NCBI RefSeq assembly: GCF_009914755.1
Contig: NC_060931.1
Strand: one strand, 5' to 3'
Length of the DNA: 64,000 bases
DNA from: the human T2T-CHM13v2.0 reference genome, Homo sapiens
The notes below the pieces were generated by a model that had not been told where the DNA came from, ran no database searches, and was given only the letters and a program-made list of their open reading frames with translations. The translations under genes were made by a program, and so were the position numbers. This document shows, one piece after another, positions 32,171-43,745 of the stretch (positions are counted from its first letter, which is position 1; the number at the start of each line of letters is the position of its first letter).

Positions 32171-33166
32171 CTAGTTTTCCCTTTCCATATTTAGTGCTTC
32201 CTTGAGGAGCTCTTTTAGGGAAGGCCTGGTGGTGACAAAATCTCTCAGCATTTGCTTGTCTGTAAAGGATTTTATTTCTCCTTTGCTTACAAAGCTTAGT
32301 TTGGCAGGATATGAAATTCTGGGTTGAATTTTTTTTTTTTTAAGAATGTTGACTATTGGCCCCCACTCTCTTCTGGCTTGTAGGGTTTCTGCAGAGAGAT
32401 CCGCTGTTAGTCTGATGGGCTTTCCTTTGTAGGTAACCTGACCTTTCTCTCTGGCTGCCCTTAACATTTTTTCCTTCATTTCAACCTTGGTGAATCTGAC
32501 GATTATGTATCTTGGGGTTGCCCTTCTTGAGGAGTATCTTTGTGGTGTTCTCTGTATTTCCTGAATTTGAATGTTGGCCTGCCTTGCTAGGTTGGGGAAG
32601 TTCTTCTGGATAATATCCTGAAGTGTGTTTTCCAACTTGGTTCCATTCTTCCTGTCACTTTCAGGTACACCAATCAAACGTATGTTTGGTCTTTCCACAT
32701 AGTCCCATATTTCTTGGAGGTTTTGTTCGTTTCTTTTCATTCTTTTTTCTCTAATCTTGTCTTCATTCTTTATTTCATTAAGTTGATCTTCAATCTCTGA
32801 TACCCCTTCTTCTGCTTGATTGCTTCAGCTATTGATACTTGTATATGCTTCACAAAGTTCTTGTGCTGTGTTTTTCAGCTCCATCAGGTCATTTATGTTC
32901 TTCTCTAAACTGGTTATTCTAGTTAGCAGTTCCTATAACTTTTTATCAAAGTTCTTAGCTTCCTTGCATTGGGTTAGAACATGCTCCTTTAGCTCAGAGG
33001 ATTTTGTTATTATCCACCTTCTGAAGCCTACTGTCAATTTGTCAAACTCATTCTCCATCCAGTTGTGTTCCCTTGCTGGTGAGGAGTTGTGATCCTTTGG
33101 AGGAGAAGAGGAATTCCGGTTTTTGGAATTTTCAGCCTTTTCGCGCTGGTTTTTCCTCCTCTTCAT
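32171..33166 (-). pseudogene. L1 ORF1 remnant, broken
   Basis: NLQEIWDYVERPNIRLIGVPE...REKG...ARREWG...YPAKLSF motifs. Confidence 0.95.
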
Positions 33167-34541
33167 GGATTTCTCTACCTTTGGTATTTGATGTTGGTGA
33201 CCTTCAGTTGGGGTTTTTGCGTTGTCGTCCTTTTTGTTTATGTCGATGCTATTCCTTTCTGTTTGTTAGTTTTTCTTCTAACAGTCAGTCACCTCTTCTG
33301 CAGGTCTGCTGGAGTTTGCTGGAGGTCCACTCCAGACCCTGTTTGCCTGGGTATCACCAGTGAAGGCTGCAGAACAGCAAAGATTGCTGCCTGCTTCTTC
33401 TTCTGGAAGCTTGGTCCCAGAGGGGCACCCACCAGATGCCAGTCAGAGCTCTCCTGTATGAGGTGTCTATCGACCTCTGCTGGGAGGTGTCTCCCCGTCA
33501 GGAGGTACGGGGGTGAGGGACCCACTTGATGAGGCAGTCTGTCCCTTAGCAGAGCTTGAGCGCTGTGCTGGGAGATCCACTGCTGTCTTCAGAGCCAGCA
33601 GGCAGGAACGTTTAATTCTGCTGAAGCTGCGCCCACAGCCGCCCCTTCCCAAAGGTGCTGTGTCTCAGGGAGATGGGAGTTTTATCTATATGCCCCTGAC
33701 TGAGGCTGCTGCCTTTCTTTCAGAGATGCCCTGCCCAGAGAGAAGGAATCTAGAGAGGCAGTCTGGCTGCAGTGGCTTGGCCGTGCTGCCATGGGCTCCG
33801 CCCAGTCTGAGCTTCCCTGTGGCTTTGTTTACACTGTGAGGGGAAAACCACGTACTCAAGCCTCAGTAATGGCGATCACCCCTCCCCTGACCAAGCTTGA
33901 ACATCCCAGGTCAACTTCAGACGGCTGTGCTGGCAGCCAGAACTTTAAGCCAGTAGATCTTAGCTTATTGGGCTCCATGGAGATGGGCTCCGCTGAGCAA
34001 GACCACTTGGCTCCCTGGCCTCAGCCTCCTTTCCAGGTGAGTGAACAGTTCTGTCTCACTGGTGTTCCAGGAAGCACTGGGGTATGATAAAAAACTCCTC
34101 CAGCTAGCTTGGTGTCTGCCCAAATGGCCACCCAGTTTTGTGCTTGAAAGCCAGGGCCCTGGTGATATAGGCACCCAAGGGAATCTCCTGGTCTGTGGGT
34201 TGTGAAGACCGTGGGAAAAGCCTAGTATTGGGCTGGATAGCATTGTCCCTCACGGCACAGTCCCTCATGGCTTCCCTTGGCCAGGGGAGGGAGTTCCGTG
34301 ACCCCTTGTGCTTCCTGAGTGAGGTGATGCCCCACCCTGCTTCTGCTCACCCTCCATGGGCTGCACCCACTGTCTAACCAGTCCCAGTGAGACGGACTGT
34401 GTACCTCAGTTGGAAATGCAGAAATCACCCACCTTCTGCATTGGTCTCGCTGGGAGCTGCAGATCGGAGCTGTTCCTATTTGGCCATTTTGGCCAGGAAT
34501 CCTCCTTACAGATGCTGTTTATTCTAACAACCATTCTGTCC

Positions 34542-34544
<3 letters not shown>

Positions 34545-34590
<46 letters not shown>
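34545..34590. repeat. (AC)23 microsatellite
   Basis: Directly visible. Confidence 0.99.
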
Positions 34591-34593
<3 letters not shown>

Positions 34594-36527
34594 TCACAAG
34601 TGAAATTTTGGGCAAGTCATTAGATGTCTTTGAATATCACTCACACAGCAAATTTGTGGGTATCCCAGGATTAGAAACAATTTATCTCAATTGTTAGGTC
34701 AGAGCTATTTCTCCTTATGTCTGTGATTTCTATCTAATGTGTATATTAATATAAGAATTTCAGAAATTATGCAGTAATTTAAAAGTTCAAGAAACCTTTA
34801 TTGCAAACACCTCCTTCTGCATTTCACAGGAGGGCCTAAAGAAAAACTTTTTCATAGAAACATGTACACAAGACAATATTACCAGAAATCAACCCCCAAA
34901 ATGAAGGCATCAGGGGGCACGAAGAAGAGACTTAACAAACTTTTTTTCTTCCCTTGCAAATTCTGGTATCCTAAGAAGCAGTCTGAATGATTTGTGCATG
35001 AAACTGCCTTGGAGCAGGTGCAACTTCAGGGGGAATTCTCTTATTTTTATTGCATAAAAAATGAATCCTATGGAAATACAGACTCCTGTTCTGCTGAGTT
35101 TTGCATTCGCATAGCTGAATTAGGAGAGGGAGATACAGACAGTACAGTGTACTGATACCATTTGAAATATCCCCACTTGTTCTTCATGAATTCCCCCATG
35201 AGGTTGTCATCATTTAATTCAATTTAATCTTTAAAATTCAAACTCTTTTGAAACTTTTTATATGTGGAGTGCTCTGATCTCATTTTTGGCTTCTATGACA
35301 CTTTTCCCTTAAAAGCAAAGCTGTGATCTGTGGCGAGGAAGTTTGAGTGGTGCATCTTCCAGTCTCATCTCTGCCATTTGTTCCAGTGTCTAGGAGGAAA
35401 GAATCTTTGCACTATGCATATTCAGTGCACTAGGGATAAAGTGGCCAATGTGTCTTCATTCCCCAAGCTAGAATGGTCCTTCATTTATCGGCCAGCCTTT
35501 GCTGAACACACAGGTCCTGCCATTCACTGTACAAGGGAAAGATAGAGATTAAGATCCAGGCAGGTCCCTGCTCGCAGTGCTGACTGAGTACTGTACCTAT
35601 TTGCCCATGTGATGTGTCTTTCTATTTTCCAATGAGAGTGGAGGTCCATGTTTTAAGACTACTTTGCCTCCCATTGACTGAGGATTGGGATTAGATCTTT
35701 GATTGGGCTAGAGGGAGAGGTGAGACACTTTGAAGGGGTACAGAAATAATCTGTGGAGGGAGAGGAATCAAGAGGGACTGGACAAAGTTGTGTCTTTATC
35801 TTCTGGTCCCCAGATTCACCACTCCCCTAAGAGCAACAGCACTAGCTCACAGCTTTAGCATGACATCCTCTGTAGCTTTACTCACAGTGGGACCAGTTCT
35901 GTCACAGTAGGAAGAAATTCTGTCAAGGACTAATGTCATTGCTCCCCGGGTGGCCCAAGGCATCCCCAGCTGATCATGTGACCAGCCAGCCTCCCATTCT
36001 TCCAGGTCAGAGAGAAATGATCTACTTTTTTATCTTGGTGTGGTGGATGGGACTAAGGAAAGAAAGAGTTGGGGTTTGTCATATTATTTCTTTACTTTGT
36101 ACTCAGTAGATTATATTGACAGGCATTGAGTAAATCCAGTGGAAACATGAACTCTCCATACTGTAGTAGACATTGAATAATTTGAGCAGAATAACAGAGA
36201 GAAAAGGAAAATGACTGAATAACATTTTAGGAAATAAGCTACATTTCCTAGACGTGGGATTTGGCAATTTGGGATGGATGGAGAAATGAACTTTGTGTAT
36301 CTCTCTGAAACAGGTGAAATTGACATTCTGGAACAAAAATCTAACTATGAAAAAGAAAACTCTTTATTTCAAATCTATACTTGGGCAACAGTTTGGGGCC
36401 AGGAGGAATAAAAGACCTTAACAGGTCCTCTGTAGCCCTCTCTGACTTCTAGGCGTCTGAGTAATCACAGACACCCACACATTGTTTTAAAACCCTCCAG
36501 AGAGAGAAAGGGAGAAAAAATGTCTTT

Positions 36528-36566
36528 GATAAGATCAGGTGCGTTCAGGGCCGTATGGCTGTAGAC
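36528..36566 (-). pseudogene. 5S rRNA retropseudogene fragment (nt 1-39), tailless
   Basis: Minus strand GTCTACAGCCATACGGCCCTGAACGCACCTGATCTTATC vs 5S GTCTACGGCCATACCACCCTGAACGCGCCCGATCTCGTC (mostly CpG decay); flanking direct repeats agaaaaa(a)tgt(c/t)tttg. Confidence 0.88.
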
Positions 36567-39179
36567 AGAAAAATGTTTTTGTTTCCACTGGTTACACATT
36601 GTGATGTCCGACCTACATCCCTTCTGATGAAATTCAAACCAAACCCTTTTCTTTCCCAGTCCCCATTGGAAACAGAAAATAGATATGCATTTTTCACACT
36701 TTAAAGAACTCATCATGTAAAAAAATTGCTTTTTAACACATTTCATGCCATCATGTCTTCCTTGGAAATTTTCAGTGCCTTTTTTTCTATTTGTCTAAGT
36801 AGAGAAGCTATCTTTCTATTTTTTTTATGGCTTCTTCTGAACTCCTACCGAGACCTGTTCATCTCACATCTTCAGGCCCCAAATTGGATACACAATTTTT
36901 AATTAAGATGTGATCCAGCGAAGTATTTGCTTAGATCTTACAGATCTGGAAAAAAATGCCCTTAAGAAAAGACTAGGCAAATAGAAATAATATAATCTCC
37001 TTGCCTCAGTCCAAACTTGAAGGACTCATTAGAGGATGCATGCAAGTAGGGACCAGAGGACCATGAAAATCCTGCTGGGATTGAGCGTGATTTCTGCTGA
37101 GATCACTGAGATGCCACAACATTGAATGCTGAAAGTTTTAGCAGGAATCGTTGGTGAACTTTTCCTTTGGAATTCCGCAAGTGCTTCTTGTTACAGGCAT
37201 AGACAAATGTATACTAAAAATTACATGTATAATTTAAATTTCAGCAAGAAATACTGTTGACTTCTTATGAGGAAAACCAGGCAAGTGATTTGTAAACTCT
37301 TGAAGCAAGAAATGTTGATGTCTTCTCCATCTCTTTATCCTGTAGAGCACGTTGCACCGAGATGGCCCCAGAAGTAGATACTGAGAAAGTTCTAGTTGAA
37401 TCATTTAATTTGAATGAAGCTGTGAGATAAAAGGAAAAAAAAGAGGCTACTTATAAAATAAATTTATAGTATGGTCACATTATCCAGAGTAAGGTTAGTT
37501 CGGTTTGGTTTGAATTGTTTCATTTTTAGCCAGGCACAGACTGCTCAGAAAGTAAGCATTTAAAAATTTGTCGAGATGTTATTTATTATTTGGTAAAAGT
37601 TGCAATGCACCAAGATGTAAGATTTTACACCCCTGAGTTTTATGGCATCACCCTTGCTAATTTATTCATGATTAAACCAAAGAACTCTCAATGAGGAGAA
37701 GTAGATTGCAATATAAATTGGTGTCATTGTTTGTAAATGTGCTCCACTAAGCATATATACTGCTCCACTAAGACAGCTTCTAGTACCATGCCTGGGGCTT
37801 CAATGCAATTTGCTTACGTTGAATCACTGGCTCCCAGACTCCCCTTGTGAACTGAACAGGCTTAGAAAATCATTCTAAAGAATGCATGGTTTGTGTAGTT
37901 GTAGAACGAAACTTCTCTTGGAAGCTTATTCCCCCTCACCAGGGAAGGAGTTAGTGGGAGATTCTCAATCTGGTCTGCAGATGAGTGCCTTCTAGGTAAT
38001 TCACACATATAATTTACAGAAGTGGGAAGAAATGAATTCAAACCATTTTTTTTTTTCCCTCAGAAAACTAAATGTCAATCTCATTCCATTTCCGTTGGAC
38101 GGGGAAATTGACGTAGGAGCAGCGTGAGGTAGAGTGGCATGCTGACCATAACTAGGGTCAGTCACCATCGGAGGACCCAGCAGAGAGCTGTGGGGTGCTG
38201 CAGCTGGGGAGGACTTTCTCCATCTGTTTCCCCTTGGTACCATTGATTTGTTGTCTGATTTAAATATAGAGTTCAGTATGCAGGTGTGTAAGTGCAGCAT
38301 AAATAAAATGGCATCCTCCTTCACAGCCAAGGGGCCTTCGTCTGGGAAACTGATATAATTTATGAGAGCGAGGCAGCAGCATAAATACGTGGGGTGCTTT
38401 GTCACCGGCCAGTATGGAATTGGTCAGCTTGGAGGAGGGGAAACAGAGTCAGGGGGAAGACAGCATGCCAGGAGGAGCTAAATTGGGGCACCAGGACCTG
38501 AACCCTGGAAGCCAGTCCCTAAACAACCAGAGCTGCTCAGCAACTGCTCTCTAATTACCCTTTGTCCCTGGAGAATTCCAGAGGGGATGGGATTGCCTCA
38601 GTGAACTTAATCTTAGATGGGTGGCTGTCCTCCTTCTTTTTTTCCCTTGACGGAGGAGGGAGGGAGGGCGTCGAGGGTGATGCATCAAACTGAGGGTGAC
38701 AAGAAGCTGGCGCCTTTTGCTCCACTTCCCAGCCAGGAGGGCTGACAGTGCTGGAGTGGACCAGTCCGCGGAGCTCCGGGGGTCTGAATGCTCCAGGGGT
38801 GTGTGGATGGCAATGGCCAGGATGGCCCTCCTGGTTGCGACCCATCAGAAAGTGGATACCACTGTGTCCTCTGGTTTGCCTGCTGTGCTGGTAAGGTGTG
38901 GTGACGTGTGTGTGCCTGTGTGTGTGCAAAGGGCAAAGAGATGGACAGTGTTACCATTATTCATTTGGAATTAGAATTGTGGAGGCTTGCACATTTGTTT
39001 GTCTTCCAAGTTCTGGCCTCACCCACCCTTTTTTGAGGGAGAGAGGGGCCAGGAAGGAGGCCGTTCCCAGCCCCATGAGTCAAGGAGGGCATCGGGGGAT
39101 GCTCCCACTGAGGAAGCTCAGAGCGGGGCCCGGAGAAAGGGGTGCTCCAAGCGGTGCTTCCTGGTCGATGGCACGTCGG

Positions 39180-40120
39180 GGTGGGCAGGCTGGAGTTGAA
39201 GAGCTTCTCAGCGTGGATAGGAAATCATGGAAATGAGGAATGATCTAGCCTCCAGCAGTGAGTCGGAGGAATAAATGAATCCCGGAAATGCAGTTTCTGT
39301 GAACTCCAGATTGCTATGGAGATTGCATTGCTTTCCCAAGACTTAAAAAACGAGGAGTCAGCGAAAGCTGGGAGAGCGATGATGTATGGAAGTGAGGCGG
39401 GCCAGCGCGCCGGGAGTGGTGGGAAGGGGGCTTCGCAGGTCATTACACGGGGATTTCTCCGCGCAGAAAAAGGGATTAGCGTTTTCACCTGGTGGGGATT
39501 TCATGAGCTTTTCCCTGGCCTGCTCTTCCCCTGCCCTTTCCCAGAGAGCCCAGCTTCAGGGACAGCGCCCGCGAGGTGCTGCTGGGGTGGCGGGGCTTGT
39601 GGGCGGAGGAGGGCGGCTCTCTGGTGTGCAGCACCGGGTGTGAGTGTGGGTGAGCGTGTGCGGGAGAGGGTGTGAGTGTGAGTGGGTGGGTGGGTGTGAA
39701 AATGGGAGAAAGTGTGAGCGTGTCACAGTGTGTGTCACTGAGTGGGCGAGTGAGAAAGTGGGTGAATGTGTGCGTGACTGTGCAAGTGTGTGAGTGTGGG
39801 GAGTAAGATTTGTGTGAGTGTGAGTGTGCAAGTGTGTGAGTGTGGGGGAGTGAGTATGGGGAGGAGTGAGAGTTGTGTGATTGTGTGTACACACACGTGT
39901 GCACACAGGGCGGGCCGCGCTTGGCATTTGAGGAGGGGCTCGGAGGTCCTCCTGGGCTGGCCGCTGTCCTGGGAGCAGGGCACCAGGGCACCCTGCGAGT
40001 TTTCACCTTGCCAAGGTATGCCAGAAGCCGGACTCCAGCTTCCTTGCCAACGTGTGCGGGAAGCAGGACCCCAGCTGCGGTCCAGGGAGGAAAAGGGGGG
40101 TGCTCACAGCTGGGGCGAGT
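39180..40120. promoter_or_regulatory. CpG-enriched putative promoter/enhancer
   Basis: About 20 CpGs in 39340-39660 against a CpG-poor background; GC boxes (gggcgg), ETS-like ccggaaat and ggaagtg, AP-1-like gagtca. No transcript assignable. Confidence 0.6.
39637..39906. repeat. Degenerate (GT/GAGT)n low-complexity tract
   Basis: Directly visible; explains the His/Thr-rich ORFs. Confidence 0.9.
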
Positions 40121-40389
40121 CCCTGGAGCCCACAGGCAGTGACTTGCCCCAGAATGAGCTTGAGAGAGTCTGGGGATGGAGAACACTGGGGATGCTTGGT
40201 GTGGTGCAGAGGTAGGAGGATGTGGATGCCTGTGAGGTACTGGTGCGAGGTTTGCCACGTGTTATCCCTGCATGAGAGAGCGTGGACCACTGTTTTAGGC
40301 CAGGATAGGGACAGCATGTCCAATTACACAGGGCTCTGCCCACCTGCAAGATGCAAGGAGGCCCTGTCTCCAATGTCCCCTGACCTGAC

Positions 40390-40780
40390 AGTCCTGCCAC
40401 CTGCCAGCCTCGCAGTGGCCAGCCCCGCCCCCAGCAAGCCCCACCCCTAAGAGCCACACCCCCAACAGCTCACCCCCCTGCCAGCCTTGCCCTCAGTCCT
40501 GCCCCCTGCCGGCCTTGCCTCTGCCAGCCAGAGCCAGTCCCCCAGCAAGCCCCGCCCCCTGCTGGCTCTGGCCCTTCTAAGCCCCACCCTCAGGCAGTCC
40601 CGCCCCCTGCCAGCCCCACCACTGATCATCCCCGCCCTCAGACAGTTTTGCCCCTTGCCAGCCCCACCTCCTCCAGCCAGAGTGAATCTCTTAGTAAGCC
40701 CCACCCTCTTCCAGCCCCACCCTCAGGCAGCCCCACCTGCTTCCAGCCTTGCTGAACAGTCTCGCCCCTGCCACCCACAT
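40390..40780. repeat. Degenerate C-rich repeat of CCCC(A/G)CCC units
   Basis: More than ten (a)gcccc(a/g)cc(c) and cagtcccgccccctgccagcc-like units. Confidence 0.75.
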
Positions 40781-42340
40781 GGGTTCCTGGGTCTTGCCCC
40801 TGACTACCAGGGTGACCCCAATGCCTCCGAGACATCCTTCTGCCCTAGAACAGCCAGGAGAGCAGAGAGAACAATTTAAATGCTCAAAAAGACAACTCTT
40901 TCCTACTGTTTTTGCTTTGCCCAGGGAATTGCAATCAGTTTCAATACACAGTTAATAAAATGAGAGGCATTCAGTGTGGATGTGGGTGTCAAGGGAGAGG
41001 GCTCAGGCTTGCTTTTGCCTTTTAGTACCAGTTCCTATTGTTTGGAAAACACGAGGTGGCTTCCGAGAACAGGTCTTGGCCCTCGCCTGCCCTGGAGCCC
41101 CCTGTCCAAGGGCCGCCGTGCCTCACAGGCAGGTGCATTGCTCTTGTTTTAATGGTGGCCTTCATGGCAGTGGGACCCCTCCCTCCATGACTGTCCCCAG
41201 GTATTGCCTATGGTGTTATAGTGTGGGGGCCTCAGGGAAGGGTAGGTGACCTGTCCACATTTAACATAATTGTAAAGCTCATTGAAGAAAAGAGGACGAA
41301 GGAGTGACGTCCAAGTTTATTGAGCTTTAGGAAGAGAACGGCCAGATTTCGTTTTGAGATTTTCTCTTATTTGCTGGAAGTCTGTTCAAATCATATGTCT
41401 CTTCTGGGTTATTAAACGGTCAAGGTTGTTTCTGGATCCCCACAAAAATGTGAGGATACAAAGTCCCCTTGGGATGTGCAGTGGTACCCATAGTCCTCGT
41501 GGTTAGAGGATAAAGGGGTCCCTAGAATGATGGAGTAATAAGGGCAAGGTGTTTGGAAGCAAATGCCGAGAAGAAATGCTCCCTTATGCCGTAAAGGCCA
41601 GGAGACTGTGGTCGTCAGGCTGAGTGGATGGATGGGAAAGGAGGAAGTAAAGAGCACACACCGGCTTTTGGAAGCAGATAGCTCATAGCATTTGAAGAGG
41701 GCATTGCCATGACTCTGGCCTGCCTCTCTCATTGGGGAATCAAATATTAAAAAAAAAATACTTATATATCTTTTAGAGTGATCTTCTTTGGTAATTTTTA
41801 GTATATAAAAAAGAAAAATAGGGAAGAAACCTTCAAGTTTCTACTTACATTTCCTGAATTAAATAGTTTACATCCATAGAAGAAAATAAATATTCATGCA
41901 AAGCTATACAAATTCCTTTGTAGGTTTTTAGTAACTATTCTAACAGAAATGTATTTGTAGCTAAAAAATGAAGTGTTAAGCATGTTTTAAAAACGGAGCA
42001 TTGATTTTCTACAGCAGGGATATTTAGAGTCTTCTTTCCCCTGGTTACACTCATGTGCATTTGCTTAAATCCAGTGGCCTCTGGCTGCACCTGCCTTTGC
42101 ATCATGACTTTGTCCAATCCTGCATGTGTTAATTTAGGGCCCAAGGGACCAGTCTGGAGCACGCAGCCATCCTGAGTAATTCACAGTCCATTAGACAGCG
42201 GTCTGTGGGGTATGTGCTGAGTCCACACACTGATGTTCCAGGAGGTTCTTGCAACTTCCCCACCTTGCAGCTGCCTCTCCAGCACCTTACTCTCAGTCCT
42301 TCCCCACAACTACTCTCCATCTTTAACTTATTACACTCCC

Positions 42341-42676
42341 TGTCTTAGTCCCTTTGTGTTGCTATAATAAAATACCTGAGTCTGGATAATTTATAAAGCA
42401 CAGAAATTTGTTTTCTCTCAGTCCTGGGGTCTGGAAAGTCTGAGGTCGAAGTGCTGGCATCTGGCAAGGGCCATCTTGCTGTGTCCTCCATGGCAGAAGG
42501 TGGAAGAGAACGAACCTTCTCCTGCAACCCCATTTTTTTAATACATTAAATGCATTTATAAGGGTGGAGCCTCATGATTTGAACACCTCCCAAAAGGCCC
42601 CACCCCCCAAACACTGTTGCATTGGGGATTAAGTTTCCAGCACATAAATTTTGGGGGGCACATTCAGACCATAGTA
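42341..42676 (-). mobile_element. MLT1A/MST-type (MaLR) solo LTR
   Basis: tgtcttagtcc...gctataataaaatacctgag...cacctcccaaaaggccccacc...ttttggggggcacattcagaccatag. Confidence 0.9.
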
Positions 42677-42679
42677 CCT

Positions 42680-43745
42680 CCCAAATCTATAAGGCCACCT
42701 CTACTTTGCTCTCAGCTCTATCTGTTCATTTGCAATTGTCTTTTAAACCCCACTTAAATGTCCTATCACATTTTATCAACAATAACTTACTTCACTGGGC
42801 TTCCTTACACACACTAGTTCCTATTCCTGACTTCTGATTTTTATTAATATCCCTGTTCTTCTAGTTATCCATCTTTGACACTTATAATATCTCTTTCATT
42901 TACTACATATAGTAAAGTGACCACATTTTGACAATTCTTTCTCCAGTGTAAGTGTGGTGTCCTATAACTAATGCCCTTTTCTTCCTATAGCCATCACTTG
43001 CATCCTCCATGATTGGAACAGTCCCCTGGTGTGCCCCACACCTGCTGTTCTCCTCTCCAGCATCTAATCCGTCCTACCCACTGCCATCAGATCACTATGG
43101 AGAGCCCAGGCCTAATCATGTCAATTCCAGCCTATCAGATGTTCATTGTCAGTTTAATCACAGAATTGGCTGAAGTCCTTTATGCTCTAATTATTCCATC
43201 ATCCTCACCCTCTTCTCCTACATGCAATTGACACTATGACTAAATGGGGTACTTGCTCTTCCTCCAAAAAAGCTCTAAACGTTTTTGTTTCCTTGCTTCT
43301 GTAAGGCAGTTCCTCACCCTATAAGGGGCCCATTCTGTCCCTGAAATTCTCATCCCTCATATTTATCTCTTGAAATACTGTCCATTATTTAAAATACAGG
43401 TCCCATACCTTCTTTTTCACAAGATTTTCCAATTTTCTTAACTTGAAGTCATAGCTCTCTCCCCCTACCTCCTCCTTCCCCGGTATACTTGGTAATTCTA
43501 TATTCACATTATTCACACACATGCATCCAAACATTTTTCTTATCCTTCTACTAAATATGAAATATCATAAGTAGAAGCCACTCCTGCTTCACGGCAGCAG
43601 TCTCCTACATAACCACAGAGTTTAGACTTCACTAAAATGTAAGCTTTGTTTTTGTCAAGGTTGTATCTGAATCAGTGTCTATATCAGGGCCTGTAACCTA
43701 GCAGGGGTTTCAAGAGTGCTGATGCAATGAACAGATGAATGAACT
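42680..43745 (+). mobile_element. L2 remnant
   Basis: Pyrimidine-rich degenerate L2 3' region ending in aatgaacagatgaatgaa. Confidence 0.5.

Noticed and set aside
37738-37762. Weak resemblance to the U6 snRNA 5' end
   Set aside because: Too short and divergent; better explained as a 12-bp direct repeat.
39485-40879. Long ORFs (up to 257 aa) rich in His, Thr and Pro
   Set aside because: They arise from GC-rich and low-complexity DNA lacking stop codons; no recognisable domain.
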